Assembly (NCBI GenBank): GCA_950097015.1
Contig: CATNEN010000009.1
Span: 930,001-994,000 of the forward strand
Source of the DNA: Macrostomum hystrix
Lineage: Eukaryota; Animalia; Platyhelminthes
Length of the DNA stretch: 64,000 nucleotides
Direction of reading: 5' to 3'
The position numbers and the translations under genes are program-made. Positions 22,466 to 33,585 of this stretch are shown piece after piece (the first letter of the stretch is position 1; each line of letters opens with the position of its first letter). Under the pieces are notes generated by a model. The model was not told where the DNA came from, searched no databases, and worked only from the letters and a program-made list of their open reading frames with translations.

Positions 22466-24214
22466 TCACGTCTTCCGGAAAGCCTGCCTCTCCATGTCGC
22501 CATGCCGCCGCTGCACCTGACTGGCCCGCCGACGCACCGCCTCCTCCAGGCTGCACTCCGCCGACCGGTTCGCCAGGCCGCGAATTAACTCCCCGCCGGA
22601 GCTGACGTTGGCAGCTTCGCCACCGCTGTTTGCCAGCGCGGCCGCTGCGGCCGCCACACGCGATTCGAGCCTGGCACGCCGCTCCGCCTCGTGTTTGCGC
22701 GCGTCCTGCATCATCTCCTCTAGGCGGCGGGCCCGCTCCTCGGCGGCCGATGCTTTGGAAGCTTCTGGCGGAGAATGGGACTGACGGCTGGGCTTTGGTG
22801 ATTTGGCAGGCCGGTCTATGTGTCTCGGTGGTGACGCAGCTGATGACCGGTCTCTGTGTCTCGGTGGTGATGCAGCTGATGACCGGTCTCTGTGTCTCGG
22901 TGGTGATGCAGCTGATGACCGGTCTCTGTGTCTCGGTGGTGATGCAGCTGATGACCGGTCTCTGAGTCTCGGTGGTGATGCAGCTGATGACCGGTCTCTG
23001 TGTCTCGGTGGTGATGCAGCTGATGACCGGTCTCTGAGTCTCGGTGGTGATGCAGCTGATGACCGGTCTCTGTGTCTCGGTGGTGATGCTGCTGATGACC
23101 GGTCTCTGTGTCTCGGTGGTGACGCAGCTGATGACCGGTCTCTGTGTCTCGGTGGTGATGCAGCTGATGACCGGTCTCTGTGTCTCGGTGGTGATGCAGC
23201 TGATGACCGGTCTCTGTGTCTCGGTGGTGACGCAGCTGATGACCGGTCTCTGTGTCTCGGTGGTGACGCAGCTGATGACCGGTCTCTGTGTCTAGGAGGT
23301 GACGCAGCTGATGACCTTTCTCTGTATCGGGGCGGAGGCGACCTGTCATTCTGACGGTCTCTGTGTCGGGGCGGAGGCGACCTGTCATTCTGACGGTCTC
23401 TGTGTCGGGGCGGAGGCGACCTGTCATTCTGACGGTCTCTGTGTCGGGGCGGAGGCGACCTGTCATTCTGACGGTCTCTGTGTCGGGGCGGAGGCGACCT
23501 GTCATTCTGACGGTCTCTGTGTCGGGGCGGAGGCGACCTGTCATTCTGACGGTCTCTGTGTCGGGGCGGAGGCGACCTGTCATTCTGACGGTCTCTGCGG
23601 CTCACTGGCGAACGGTCTCCATCAAGGTCTCGCTGTCCCCGATCGGACGTCGCGGACTCCGCAGCCGGCTCCTTGTTCACAATGGCCAAGTACTGCTCAA
23701 GCAGCTCGTCTCCGCTGGACTCATCGGAGTCGGAGGAAGACGAGGAGCCGGACGAGGAAGAGGCGCCGGCCTTCTTCCTCTTCTTCTTCTTAGCCTTCTT
23801 ATCGCCCTTTCTCCGCTCCTTCCGCTGCATAGCCAGCGCCAGCTTGCGCATTCGCACCGGGTTCTGCTGCAGCCGGTGCAGCCGCTCAGCCTCCTGCTGC
23901 CTGATGAGAAACAGCGGGTCCTCCCGCATCTTGGCCTGCATGTCCAGCATGGCTCGCCGCTCGATGATGCCCGAGTCCAGCTCCTTAGTGACGCCCTGAA
24001 GCTTGGCCGAGTCGTCAATGGCAGCCAGCTTGGAGACGTCGGTGATGCGCTTGCCCCTGAGGTAGTCCTCAGCGCTGGGTCGGCTCATGTCTTCGTTGTA
24101 GAGAAACTCAACTCGCTGCTGCCCGTCTGAGGTGTACTTCTCCCTGAGCAGCTTCAGCATCTTCTCGCGCTCCTCCGAGTCCAGATGCTCCATGTCGGGC
24201 ACTTGGCGTGACAT
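22466..24214 (-). CDS. CWC25: Pre-mRNA splicing factor CWC25 homolog
   Basis: RVEFLY...EDYLRGKRI, LDMQAKMREDPLFLIRQQE...NPVRMRKL, K-rich/S-rich tract, C-terminal EERARRLEEMMQDA. Confidence 0.88.
   Translation of the reverse strand: MSRQVPDMEHLDSEEREKMLKLLREKYTSDGQQRVEFLYNEDMSRPSAEDYLRGKRITDVSKLAAIDDSAKLQGVTKELDSGIIERRAMLDMQAKMREDPLFLIRQQEAERLHRLQQNPVRMRKLALAMQRKERRKGDKKAKKKKRKKAGASSSSGSSSSSDSDESSGDELLEQYLAIVNKEPAAESATSDRGQRDLDGDRSPVSRRDRQNDRSPPPRHRDRQNDRSPPPRHRDRQNDRSPPPRHRDRQNDRSPPPRHRDRQNDRSPPPRHRDRQNDRSPPPRHRDRQNDRSPPPRYRERSSAASPPRHRDRSSAASPPRHRDRSSAASPPRHRDRSSAASPPRHRDRSSAASPPRHRDRSSAASPPRHRDRSSAASPPRHRDRSSAASPPRLRDRSSAASPPRHRDRSSAASPPRLRDRSSAASPPRHRDRSSAASPPRHRDRSSAASPPRHRDRSSAASPPRHIDRPAKSPKPSRQSHSPPEASKASAAEERARRLEEMMQDARKHEAERRARLESRVAAAAAALANSGGEAANVSSGGELIRGLANRSAECSLEEAVRRRASQVQRRHGDMERQAFRKT
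22816..23595 (-). repeat. Coding minisatellites in CWC25: 39-bp (RDRQNDRSPPPRH) x7 and 36-bp (RDRSSAASPPRH) x about 14
   Basis: Both units are multiples of 3 and remain open in the CWC25 frame. Confidence 0.9.
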
Positions 24215-24929
24215 GGCGGCGACTGCTTTGATACAAGAGATTCGGCTCCGTCTGCAGAAGCTGCGGGATCTGGAATAGAGAACAGTGAGACGTCATTTCT
24301 ATTCCGGCCTATTTCATTGTCTATGGGCTATATTAGCAATCCAGCTATTTCATTGTCTAGGGGATAGACTAGCAATCCAGCTATTTCATTGTCTATGGAC
24401 AAAAACGACAGTCTAGTTTCAGCGGGTTAGAAAATAAATCCTATCTATTTATTAGGCCAGTGATTGAAACCCCACTTCCTTAAATATTCAATTTTAAAAG
24501 TGCTGCATCATCTCCTAATCGTCCTATTCTGAGCTCGCAGATTGCATCCGGCAATCCGAAATGCCAAGAAGCCAGACTTTTCTCTCAAGAGAACTTAACA
24601 GAGCACTGGCTCTCCGCGAGAGCGGTGAAGCGGAAATTGAGCTGAAAGTGAGTCTTCGGCTCTGTCGATAACTTCGCCTCACGGCACTGCCCAATGAAAT
24701 TGAAGGCCAGAGAGAACACAGATTAGCGATAAATCTCTTAAAGCTATTCTTAACGTTTTAGTTTATTATGCATGAAGCTGACATGAAATATCAAATTGTG
24801 CAACATGGAAGCAGCAGTAATGCATAGGCTAGAATAGGCTAGTCGTGCACCTGGAATATTTTATTTTGCATGAAAATTCATTCGGGTGATTGGCAGCCTA
24901 TGAATAAAAATAAAGCGATCCCACGATCA

Positions 24930-25750
24930 GCTGTCAATCAGCAGCCTCAGCTGTCAATCAGCAGCCTCAGCTGGCAATCAGCAGCCTCAGCTGGCAATCA
25001 GCAGCCTCAGCTGTCAATCAGCAGTCTCAGCTGGCAATCAGCAGCCTCAGCTGTCAATCAGCAGCCTCAGCTGGCAATCAGCAGCCTCAGCTGTCAATCA
25101 GCAGCCTTAGCTGTTAATCAGCAGCCTCAGCTGTCAATCAGCAGCCTTAGCTGTTAATCAGCAGCCTCAGCTGTCAATCAGCAGCCTTAGCTGTTAATCA
25201 GCAGCCTCAGCTGTCAATCAGCAGCCTTAGCTAACAATCAGCAGCCTCAGCTGTCAATCAGCAGCCTTAGCTGTTAATCAGCCTCTAAAAACAAGTCAGC
25301 CAATCAGCAGCCTCAGCTGTTAATCAGCAGCCTTAGCGGTTAATCAGCAGCCTCAGCTGTCAATCAGCAGCCTTAGCTGTTAATCAGCAGCCTCAGCTGT
25401 CAATCAGCAGCCTTAGCTGTTAATCAGCAGCCTCAGCTGTCAATCAGCAGCCTTAGCTAACAATCAGCAGCCTCAGCTGTCAATCAGCAGCCTTAGCTGT
25501 TAATCAGCCTCTAAAAACAAGTCAGCGAATCAACAGCCTCAGCAGCCAATCAGCCTCTAAAAACAAGTCAGCGAATCAACAGCCTCAGCAGCCAATCAGC
25601 CTCTAAAAACAAGTCAGCGAATCAACAGCCTCAGCTGTTAATCAGCCTCTAAAAACAAGTCAGCGAATCAACAGCCTCAGCAGCCAATCAGCCTCTAAAA
25701 ACAAGTCAGCGAATCAACAGCCTCAGCAGCCAATCAGCCTCTAAAAACAA
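24930..25750. repeat. Composite 20-bp and 45-bp minisatellite starting at the IDI1 stop
   Basis: AATCAGCAGCCTCAGCTGTC units grading into CTAAAAACAAGTCAGCGAATCAACAGCCTCAGCAGCCAATCAGCCT-type units. Confidence 0.9.
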
Positions 25751-25751
25751 G

Positions 25752-27287
25752 TCAGCCAAACAGCAGCCGCCGGTGCTTGTCCAGCACCAACTCGAACCAG
25801 GGCGTGGGCGGTTGGCCGGCAGCGCGCCGCTCTGACAGGAACTCGTCCAGCTGGGAATCTGACAGCCAAGCCGTCTCGACCACCTCGTTGGGATCCGGGC
25901 GCAGGCTGTCAGTGACTGCCGAGTCGGGCAGCCGCAGGCGCAGCAGGTGGTCGACCTCGTGCTCGGCCCAGTCGCCAGTTGAGTCGCAGTCGGCCTGGTA
26001 CACAATGGTTGCCAGGTGGTCAATGGCTTCTACGGGCAGCTGCAGGCCCAGCTCAAGCCGAGTCCGCCTGACTGCGGCCAGCTTCACACCCACACCTGCG
26101 GGCAGGGCGGATAATCAGCTGTTCTCATTGTGCATTCACTCAGATTCTCATTGTGTGTTCACTCAGATTCTCATTGTGTGTTCACTCAGATTCTCATTGT
26201 GTGTTCACTCAGATTCTCATTGTGTGTTCACTCAGATTCTCATTGTGTGTTCACTCAGATTCTCATTGTGTGTTCACTCAGATTCTCATTGTGTGTTCAC
26301 TCAGATTCTCATTGTGTGTTCGATCAGATTCTCATTGTGTGTTCACTCAGATTCTCATTGTGTGTTCACTCAGATTCTCATTGTGTGTTCACTCAGATTC
26401 TCATTGTGTGTTCACTCAGATTCTCATTGTGTGTTCACTCAGATTCTCATTGTGTGTTCACTCAGATTCTCATTGTGTGTTCACTCAGATTCTCATTGTG
26501 TGTTCACTCAGATTCTCATTGTGTGTTCACTCAGATTCTCATTGTGTGTTCACTCAGATTCTCATTGTGTGTTCACTCAGATTCTCATTGTGTGTTCACT
26601 CAGATTCTCATTGTGTGTTCACTCAGATTCTCATTGTGTGTTCACTCAGATTCTCATTGTGTGTTCACTCAGATTCTCATTGTGTGTTCACTCAGATTCT
26701 CATTGTGTGTTCACTCAGATTCTTATTGTGTGTTCACTCATTCTCATTGTGTATTCTAAGCCTCAGATCTCACTGTCCCGAGCCTCAGATCTCACTGTCC
26801 CCAGCCTCAGATCTCACTGTCCCCAGCCTCAGATCTCACTGTCCCCAGCCTCAGATTTCACTGTCCCCAGCCTCAGATATCACTGTCCCCAGCCTCAGAT
26901 CTCACTGTCCCCAGCCTCAGATCTCACTGTCCCTAGCCTCAGATCTCACTGTCCCCAGCCTCAGATCTCACTGTCCCCAGCCTCAGATCTCACTGTCCCC
27001 ACCATCGCCGCACCTGGCTGCAGCTCCTCGGCGGTGTGCAGGGGGTGTGAGCAGCATGAGTTGGTCCAGCGGCCCGGGAAGGTGAGCTTAAGCAAGGAGC
27101 GGCGCTGAAGCAGCAAGCGGTCCCGGCTGTCCATCAGGAAGAGGCTGAAGGCGCGGTGCAGGGCTTTGCCGGCGCGGACGTTGTCAGCCCGGTGGCAGAA
27201 CTCCTTGCTGGCGGCGCCGAGGACGCGATCGGTGGAGTCAACCAGGATGCACGGCTCCGACAGCAGCGCCGCTTGCGAAGGGTGCAT
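25752..27287 (-). CDS. IDI1: Isopentenyl-diphosphate delta-isomerase, 2 exons (27287-27014, 26095-25752); possible extension to 27383
   Basis: CILVDSTDRVLG, LHRAFSLFL, LLLQRRS..KLTFPGRWTNSCCSHP, RLELG, WAEHEVDHLL, PDPNEV, TPWF. Phase-1 GT-AG junction keeps frame. Confidence 0.95.
26118..27000. repeat. Two adjacent intronic minisatellites (23-bp TTCACTCAGATTCTCATTGTGTG and 22-bp CAGCCTCAGATCTCACTGTCCC)
   Basis: Fill the IDI1 intron; long plus-strand ORFs here are artefacts. Confidence 0.96.
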
Positions 27288-28109
27288 CGGCGTCTTCGAA
27301 AACGTTGCCGAGCTACTGGACGATGACAGAAGGCGCTGTGGGCAGCACCTGCGAAGACTGGCGATGGCCAAAGTGACGCGTGGCTGAAATGAGACATGAT
27401 AGGTACGGGGTTGAGATTTGGATCCGCATCCACTTGAAAACTAACATTAAACCTACAGCAGCAGCAGCAGCAGCCAGTCCCAGCAGTGCTCCGGCACATC
27501 ATAGCAGTCATAGCAGTGAAAGTGCAGCCAGCGGAGGGATTAACCGGGAATTCTCGACTCGGCTTTCCTCGCTACTCGCATCTCCCCAACCTCGGGGAAG
27601 GAATAACAGCAGGTGCTGAGAGCAGATTAGCCTGAGCAGGCCAGCACTCAGCACTTCCCCCCATCGCAGCGCTAATAGTCCCAACTGATTGCATTCCAAT
27701 AAGAATGCCCAGCTCACCCATTCTGGCACTCGGCCATCGCTTCCCCTGCCCCTGAAGGCCTGGTATTCACTCCGCGGATTTCATCCGCCCCGGCACGAGC
27801 TCAACAGCCAGCCAAAACAGCCGCGCACCAATGAAAAGCTTCAAAGCCAAGCCGACGGAAGCAGCTGAGCAACAATGACCGGCTTTTTATTGTAAGCCAT
27901 TTTTTAACAAGAGACAGACAGACAGAATACTTTCATTTGTTAATGACAGCGTGCGGGCACATCACAATGGCTTGAGTTGCAGTAAATCATAAGTTAGCGG
28001 CATCAGAACTATTGCTTTGATATAATAACCTAACTAAGAATATGTTCAACACAATAGACACTTCCAACACCTTAACTAGAGACTTGTCAATCAAAATGAG
28101 GATACGGAA

Positions 28110-28720
28110 AGTGACTTATCAAACTAATTGGCGACAAAGATCTCACATGACTTATCAAACTAATTGGTAATAAAGATCTCACATGACTTATCAAACTAAT
28201 TGGTGATAAAGATCTCACATGACTTATCAAACTAATTGGTGACAAAGATCTCACATGACTTATCAAACTAATTGGTGATAAAGATCTCACATGAATTATC
28301 AAACTAATTGGTGATAAAGATCTCACATGAATTATCAAACTAATTGGTGATAAAGATCTCACATGAATTATCAAACTAATTGGTGATAAAGATCTCACAT
28401 GAATTATCAAACTAATTGGTAATAAAGATCTCACATGTCTTATCAAACTAATTGGTGACAAAGATCTCACATGACTTATCAAACTAATTGGTGATAAAGA
28501 TCTCACATGACTTATCAAACTAATTGGTGACAAAGATCTCACATGACTTATCAAACTAATTGGTGATAAAGATCTCACATGACTTATCAAACTAATTGGT
28601 GATAAAGATCTCACATGTCTTATCAAACTAATTGGTGATAAAGATCTCACATGTCTTATCAAACTAATTGGTGACAAAGATCTCACATGACTTATCAAAC
28701 TAATTGGTGATAAAGATCTC
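28110..28720. repeat. 36-bp minisatellite ACATGACTTATCAAACTAATTGGTGATAAAGATCTC
   Basis: About 17 copies between BLOC1S6 and IDI1. Confidence 0.96.
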
Positions 28721-28903
28721 CCATGCGCTCGTAAGAGTTGAAATATGAAAAAATAGCAACAATTTTTACACAGGAAGCAAATGGAACAAAAAATCTTTGA
28801 TATGAATTTACAATTGATAGCAAAGCAGCGAACGGTTAGAGAGGGAATGCCCATTGTGCCAGATACACCAGCACACAATCGCAGGCCAGATGTCAGCCCC
28901 GGT

Positions 28904-29383
28904 CTAGGAGGAGGCAGAGGCCTTTGCCGCCGGCTCGGCTGGCCGGGCGATGAGCTGCCGCTCGGCCTCGAGCTCCCGCTCGCGTTCCGCCTGGCGCTTG
29001 AGCAGCTCCGTCTGCTTGGCCTGCTGCAGCTGGATGGCTCGCTTCTTCAGCCGCTGCAGCCGCTCGGCCTGGCGCTGCATCTCCTTGCGCATGCGGCCCA
29101 GCCGCTGCTGGTACTCCCGCACCTGCTCCAGGCGGCAGTCCATCTCCTGCAGGCCGGAGCAGTCCGCCAGGCGGGCCCGCTCGTGCTGGATGCTCTCCAG
29201 GAACGACTGCTGGCAGGTCAGCAGCTCCGACAGCGCTGACTCGCGCGCTGACAGGCCTGGACGGTGGAAGGCCAGCGCGCCGGCTGCCAGAGCGTCTATG
29301 GTGGCAGTCGCGGCGGTGTCGGCAGCGTCGGAGGAGGTGGCAGCCGGTACGGCCGCGGAATCCGTGGTGCTCGATGCCTCAGA
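28904..29383 (-). CDS. BLOC1S6: BLOC-1 subunit 6 (pallidin); no genomic ATG at the 5' end
   Basis: LAAGALAFHRPGL..RESALSELLTCQQSFLESIQHE...YQQRLGRMRKEM...RLKKRAIQLQQ...ERQLIARPA parallels pallidin. Confidence 0.88.
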   Translation of the reverse strand, partial: SEASSTTDSAAVPAATSSDAADTAATATIDALAAGALAFHRPGLSARESALSELLTCQQSFLESIQHERARLADCSGLQEMDCRLEQVREYQQRLGRMRKEMQRQAERLQRLKKRAIQLQQAKQTELLKRQAERERELEAERQLIARPAEPAAKASASS

Positions 29384-29444
29384 CTGCGGGTGTTCAGAAG
29401 ATGTACAGAGAGAAGTGTTTACAGGATAGCCTGTGTTGTTGTTG

Positions 29445-29660
29445 GATGGGATAGGGTGTTAAGAGGATGGGGTAGGGTGTTAAGAGGATGGGGTAGGGTG
29501 TTAAGAGGATGGGGTAGGGTGTTAAGAGGATGGGGTAGGGTGTTAAGAGGATGGGGTAGGGTGTTAAGAGGATGGGGTAGGGTGTTAAGAGGATGGGGTA
29601 GGGTGTTAAGAGGATGGGGTAGGGTGTTAAGAGGATGGGGTAGGGTGTTAAGAGGATGGG
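29445..29660. repeat. 21-bp minisatellite GGGGTAGGGTGTTAAGAGGAT
   Basis: About 10 copies upstream of the BLOC1S6 acceptor. Confidence 0.95.
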
Positions 29661-30349
29661 GCATTTACAGGATGGACAGGGTTTATCCTATTTGGGCAGG
29701 CTACAGTAAAAATTAAGCAAGCCAGTGAGACGATCGCAATGAGTACGTAACGGTAGCATAATATATATTAATAATGAATAGTTAGACAGTCAGTTAATAT
29801 AGTGCGGTCTCGCTCTCTAGCAGAAATGTAAGTAATGTGTACACAACCTGGTGACGCGGGATGCTTGAGAAGCCGGGCAGCAAAAACACGAGAGGCGAAC
29901 TTACAATTGGTCACAGAACAATTTGCTTCTACCGCATTGTAACAGTTTAGGAGGCAAATAAGAAGCGAATAAAATAATGAATAACAATTCTATGAAACTT
30001 TCGCCTAGCTATCACTAACATACTACTAACCGCAGCAGTTCAGTAGTGTTTGATGATCATCCATCTGTTTACACTGAACTAACAATAATAGAAATAATAA
30101 GAACTCGGAATTCTAATATGATTATGCAGACAGCAGGGCCGGTGAAATCACAGTTTAAGACGAGGAACAACAAAAAAATGCTTAGGCAACACTGTCATGC
30201 AATATAAGCACAGGAGCAATTAAAAGATAATAAACAACTGTGTGCCTTGGGTTCGACACCTGCTTGGTGCAGTAATAATTCATTACACCTGCCCCAATTA
30301 GGCCAGATGTGCAGCCGCCAGCGCAGCAGCAGCTATTGCGCGGCGCATC

Positions 30350-30560
30350 TGAAGGCTCCATACGGCTGTTCAGTCCATGGACTGGGGAGCACAACACCCA
30401 CCCTCCATTTCCCCTCCTGATGCTGGTTGGTACCCATTCAACAGCTGCTTGAACTCAAGCAATGCAGAGTTAAGTGTCTTGCTAAAAGACACAAATTGTA
30501 CCAATGAATGCGGGAATCGAACCCCCGACCTTCAAGTCTTAACCGGCACCATTTAGTGCA
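30350..30560 (-). mobile_element. tRNA-derived SINE, family B
   Basis: Reverse strand reads GGTCGGGGGTTCGATTCCC...GTGTCTTTTAGCAAGACACTTAAC...AATGGGTACC...CCCCAGTCCATGGACTGAACAG. Confidence 0.7.
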
Positions 30561-30954
30561 GTGTTAAGTCTGGGTATAGTTACTCATTTGCCCCTTAAAT
30601 GCCGAATTCAAAGTCATATTCTCTATTCGCTCCAATCAGGTAAATCGTAGAGTAAGATATCTGTAAGGTGCGCCACAACATCGAATTATAGCGTGGGTAA
30701 AGTGAGCGAAAAAGCTGAAACTGTCAGCAGCAATGATGCTACTGTAAGTAGTGAAGGTATTGTTCTAGCAGCAATTATTAACTAGGGCATGTTAGGCAAA
30801 GCAGTTAAATGGATAGCAGGTTAAATTAACTCGATGCAAGACTGCAGTTGGACTAGATTAATGCAGGGCTGATTACACATGCTTAGAGTGTGCCAAGCGG
30901 TTTTCAAAGCCGTTTGCTAGATAGTTTTATTACCCTCATCTTACAGCCTGTACA

Positions 30955-31415
30955 ATGTGTTTATAAACCTGTAAAATGTGTTCATAAGCCTGTAAAATGT
31001 GTTCATAAGCCTGTAAAATGTGTTCATAAGCCTGTAAAATGTGTTCATGAGCCTGTAAAATGTGTTCATTACTCTATTCCAACAGTGAGTACCACAGTGA
31101 GTACTTATTACTCATAAGTAAGATCTAGTGGCAGCGCTCATTACCCACACCTTACAGGAAGTAACACAGTGCTCATTACCCACACCTTACAGGCAGTAAC
31201 ATAGTGCTCATTACCCACACCTTACAGGAAGTAACACAGTGCTCATTACCCACACCTTACAGGCAGTGACACAGTGCTCATTACCCACACCTTACAGGAA
31301 GTAACACAGTGCTCATTACCCACACCTTACAGGCAGTAACACAGTGCTCATTACCCACACCTTACAGGCAGTGACACAGTGCTCATTACCCACTCCTTAC
31401 AGGCAGTAACACAGC
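30955..31415. repeat. 21-bp (CCTGTAAAATGTGTTCATAAG) and 35-bp (CAGTGCTCATTACCCACACCTTACAGGCAGTAACA) arrays
   Basis: Downstream of the DnaJ stop. Confidence 0.9.
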
Positions 31416-31510
31416 AGGCCAAAGTTAATCCGGAATGAAGGGGACAAGAGGACAAACAACAGTTCGCGTCAACAGTCTGATCTGTGAGCTGCTGATCCCA
31501 GTCTGGGAAT

Positions 31511-33359
31511 CTACTTGAACAGCTCGCCGAACAGACCGCCCAGTCCGCTCTTCTTAGGCGAGTTGTTGACACTGGTTACCGTTCCGTGCTTGACCTGGGC
31601 GGCCGCTATGAATTCCTGGTAGTTGAGCTCGCGCTGCCGGATGAGGTCTTGCACCTCCTTGGTCTCTGTCTCCAGCTTCTGGCAAGCGGCCTGGTACTTC
31701 CTGACTGCCTCCATGTACTCGTCCTTGAACTTGGCCAGCTCCTCCTTCTTGGTGCGCAAGCTGGCCTCAACTGACTTGATCTGCTGCACCGGCTGACAGT
31801 TGGAGGGCTCGCCAACCAGCATGCGCAGCGAGTACTTCACGTCCTGCAGCCAGTTGTCACCGTACAGGCAGACCAGATGCTTGCCCGGCTGCAGGGTGAT
31901 GCTGTGAGCGGGCTCGTACATGTGCAGCAGGTAGAAGCTGATGGGCGTGTCCTTGTCCTCCTGCAGGCCAGTCAGCGAGCGGAAATGATAGATCGAGTAG
32001 AGCTAATGGGGAACTGGTGAGGATTCGTGGAACTGGTGAGGATTTGGGGAACTGGTGAGGATTTGGGGAACTGGTGAGGATTTGGGGAACTGGTGAGGAT
32101 TCGTGGAACTGGTGAGGATTCGTGGAACTGGTGAGGATTTGGGGAACTGGTGAGGATTTGGGGAACTGGTGAGGATTCGTGGAAGTGGTGAGGATTTGGG
32201 GAACTGGTGAGGATTTGGGGAACTGGTGAGGATTTGGGGAACTGGTGAGAATTTGGGGAACTGGTGAGGATTTGGGGATCTAATTAGAATGAGAATCTAA
32301 ATGAGGATGGGATCTAATGAGGATGGGATCTGATGAGGATTGGGGATCTGGTGGAGATAGGGTAGCTGAGGATTGGGGATCTGATAAGGATCTGGGTATC
32401 TGATGGGGATCAGGGCCCTGATTATTACTTCGGATATTCAATGAGGGATCTGAGCAAGACTTATAAAACTGATACTTTGTACACAAACACATTGTGTGAG
32501 CCTCACAATCAGCAAAAGACAATAACTAACATTACCTGAAGGAAGCGCAGCGGGAACAGTTCGGACAGGTGCATGCGGTCGAAGGGCACCAGAAACATGT
32601 CAGCGTGCGTCCCGGATGGCCGGCCGGCGCCGCTGCGGCAGGACTCCTCGATGGTGCGCACTTCGCCCTCCTTGTCGAACACCACGAGCTTGAACTTGGA
32701 GGAGGAGGCGCTGTGGGCCAGCAGCAGGACTCCGTTAGCTGCGGCAGCCTCGTCAACCGTCAGCCAGTAGAACCTGGCCGACTGGCGTTCCACGCGGTCC
32801 TCCACCTGCCTGCAAGATTGACAGAAAATGCTTAGCAAATACCATAGATAATACCTTCTGCCTACTGACAGTAGCGTGGTAAGCTACTTCAGCGTCAGCC
32901 AATCAAAAATCCGAACCTTCCGGGCACCAGCGTGGCGACCGTGTCCGGTGGCGTCTCGCCCGTCACCAACTGGCGCGCCTGCGACAAAACCTTCGGCGCA
33001 ATCTGGGTGGGTATCGGCACGCCGAGGCTGCTGAACAAAGCGCCGAAGACTCGCCCGAGGCCGCCGACCTCGTCCATGTTGACACCCTCGAAGTCCATAA
33101 GGTTGGTGCCTTCGCCGAGCTGGCGGCCGCGGTCATACTGGTGGCGCTTGTTGGGGTCGCTCAGCACGGCGTAGGCGATGCTGACCTCCTTGAAGCGTTC
33201 GGCAGCGGCCGGGTTTCCGGGGTTCTTGTCTGGATGCAGCCGGATGGCGAGCTTCCTGTAAGCGTTCTTGATCTCCGCCGCGCTGGCCGTCTTTTCAACA
33301 CCCAGCAGTTCATAGTAGTCCGCCCGCTTGCTGCCTCCATTGCTGCCCCCGCTGGCCAT
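31511..33359 (-). CDS. DnaJ protein of the ARG1/DnaJ15-16 type, 3 exons (33359-32917, 32809-32536, 31960-31511)
   Basis: J domain with HPD (DYYELLGV...[14 protein letters not shown]), [21 protein letters not shown] motif, C-terminal coiled coil. Splice phases (2, 0) consistent. Confidence 0.9.
32025..32280. repeat. 19-bp intronic minisatellite GGGGAACTGGTGAGGATTT
   Basis: In DnaJ intron 2. Confidence 0.95.
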
Positions 33360-33434
33360 CGCTGCTGCTGCTGTTGTTGCTTTTAACTTGCTATTCGAGA
33401 AGAAACTTAAGCCAACTGAAATTTAAGCAATTAT

Positions 33435-33585
33435 AGTGATTTGAGTGTCGGACTCACAACTTGAAGCTCGTGGGTTCGATTCCCGACTCCACTGGAACTG
33501 TGTCATTTAGCATCTTGACAAACCACTTGGATAGCAGCATTAGCTGGGATAATTGATGGTGGGTGTGGCATCTCCCCAGTCAATA
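33435..33585 (+). mobile_element. tRNA-derived SINE, family B (partial)
   Basis: GGGTTCGATTCCCGACTCC B-box and GGTGGGTGTGGCATCTCCCCAGTC tail like the other copies. Confidence 0.55.

Noticed and set aside
25777-27108. 443-aa plus-strand ORF
   Set aside because: Antisense to IDI1 and made of intronic minisatellites
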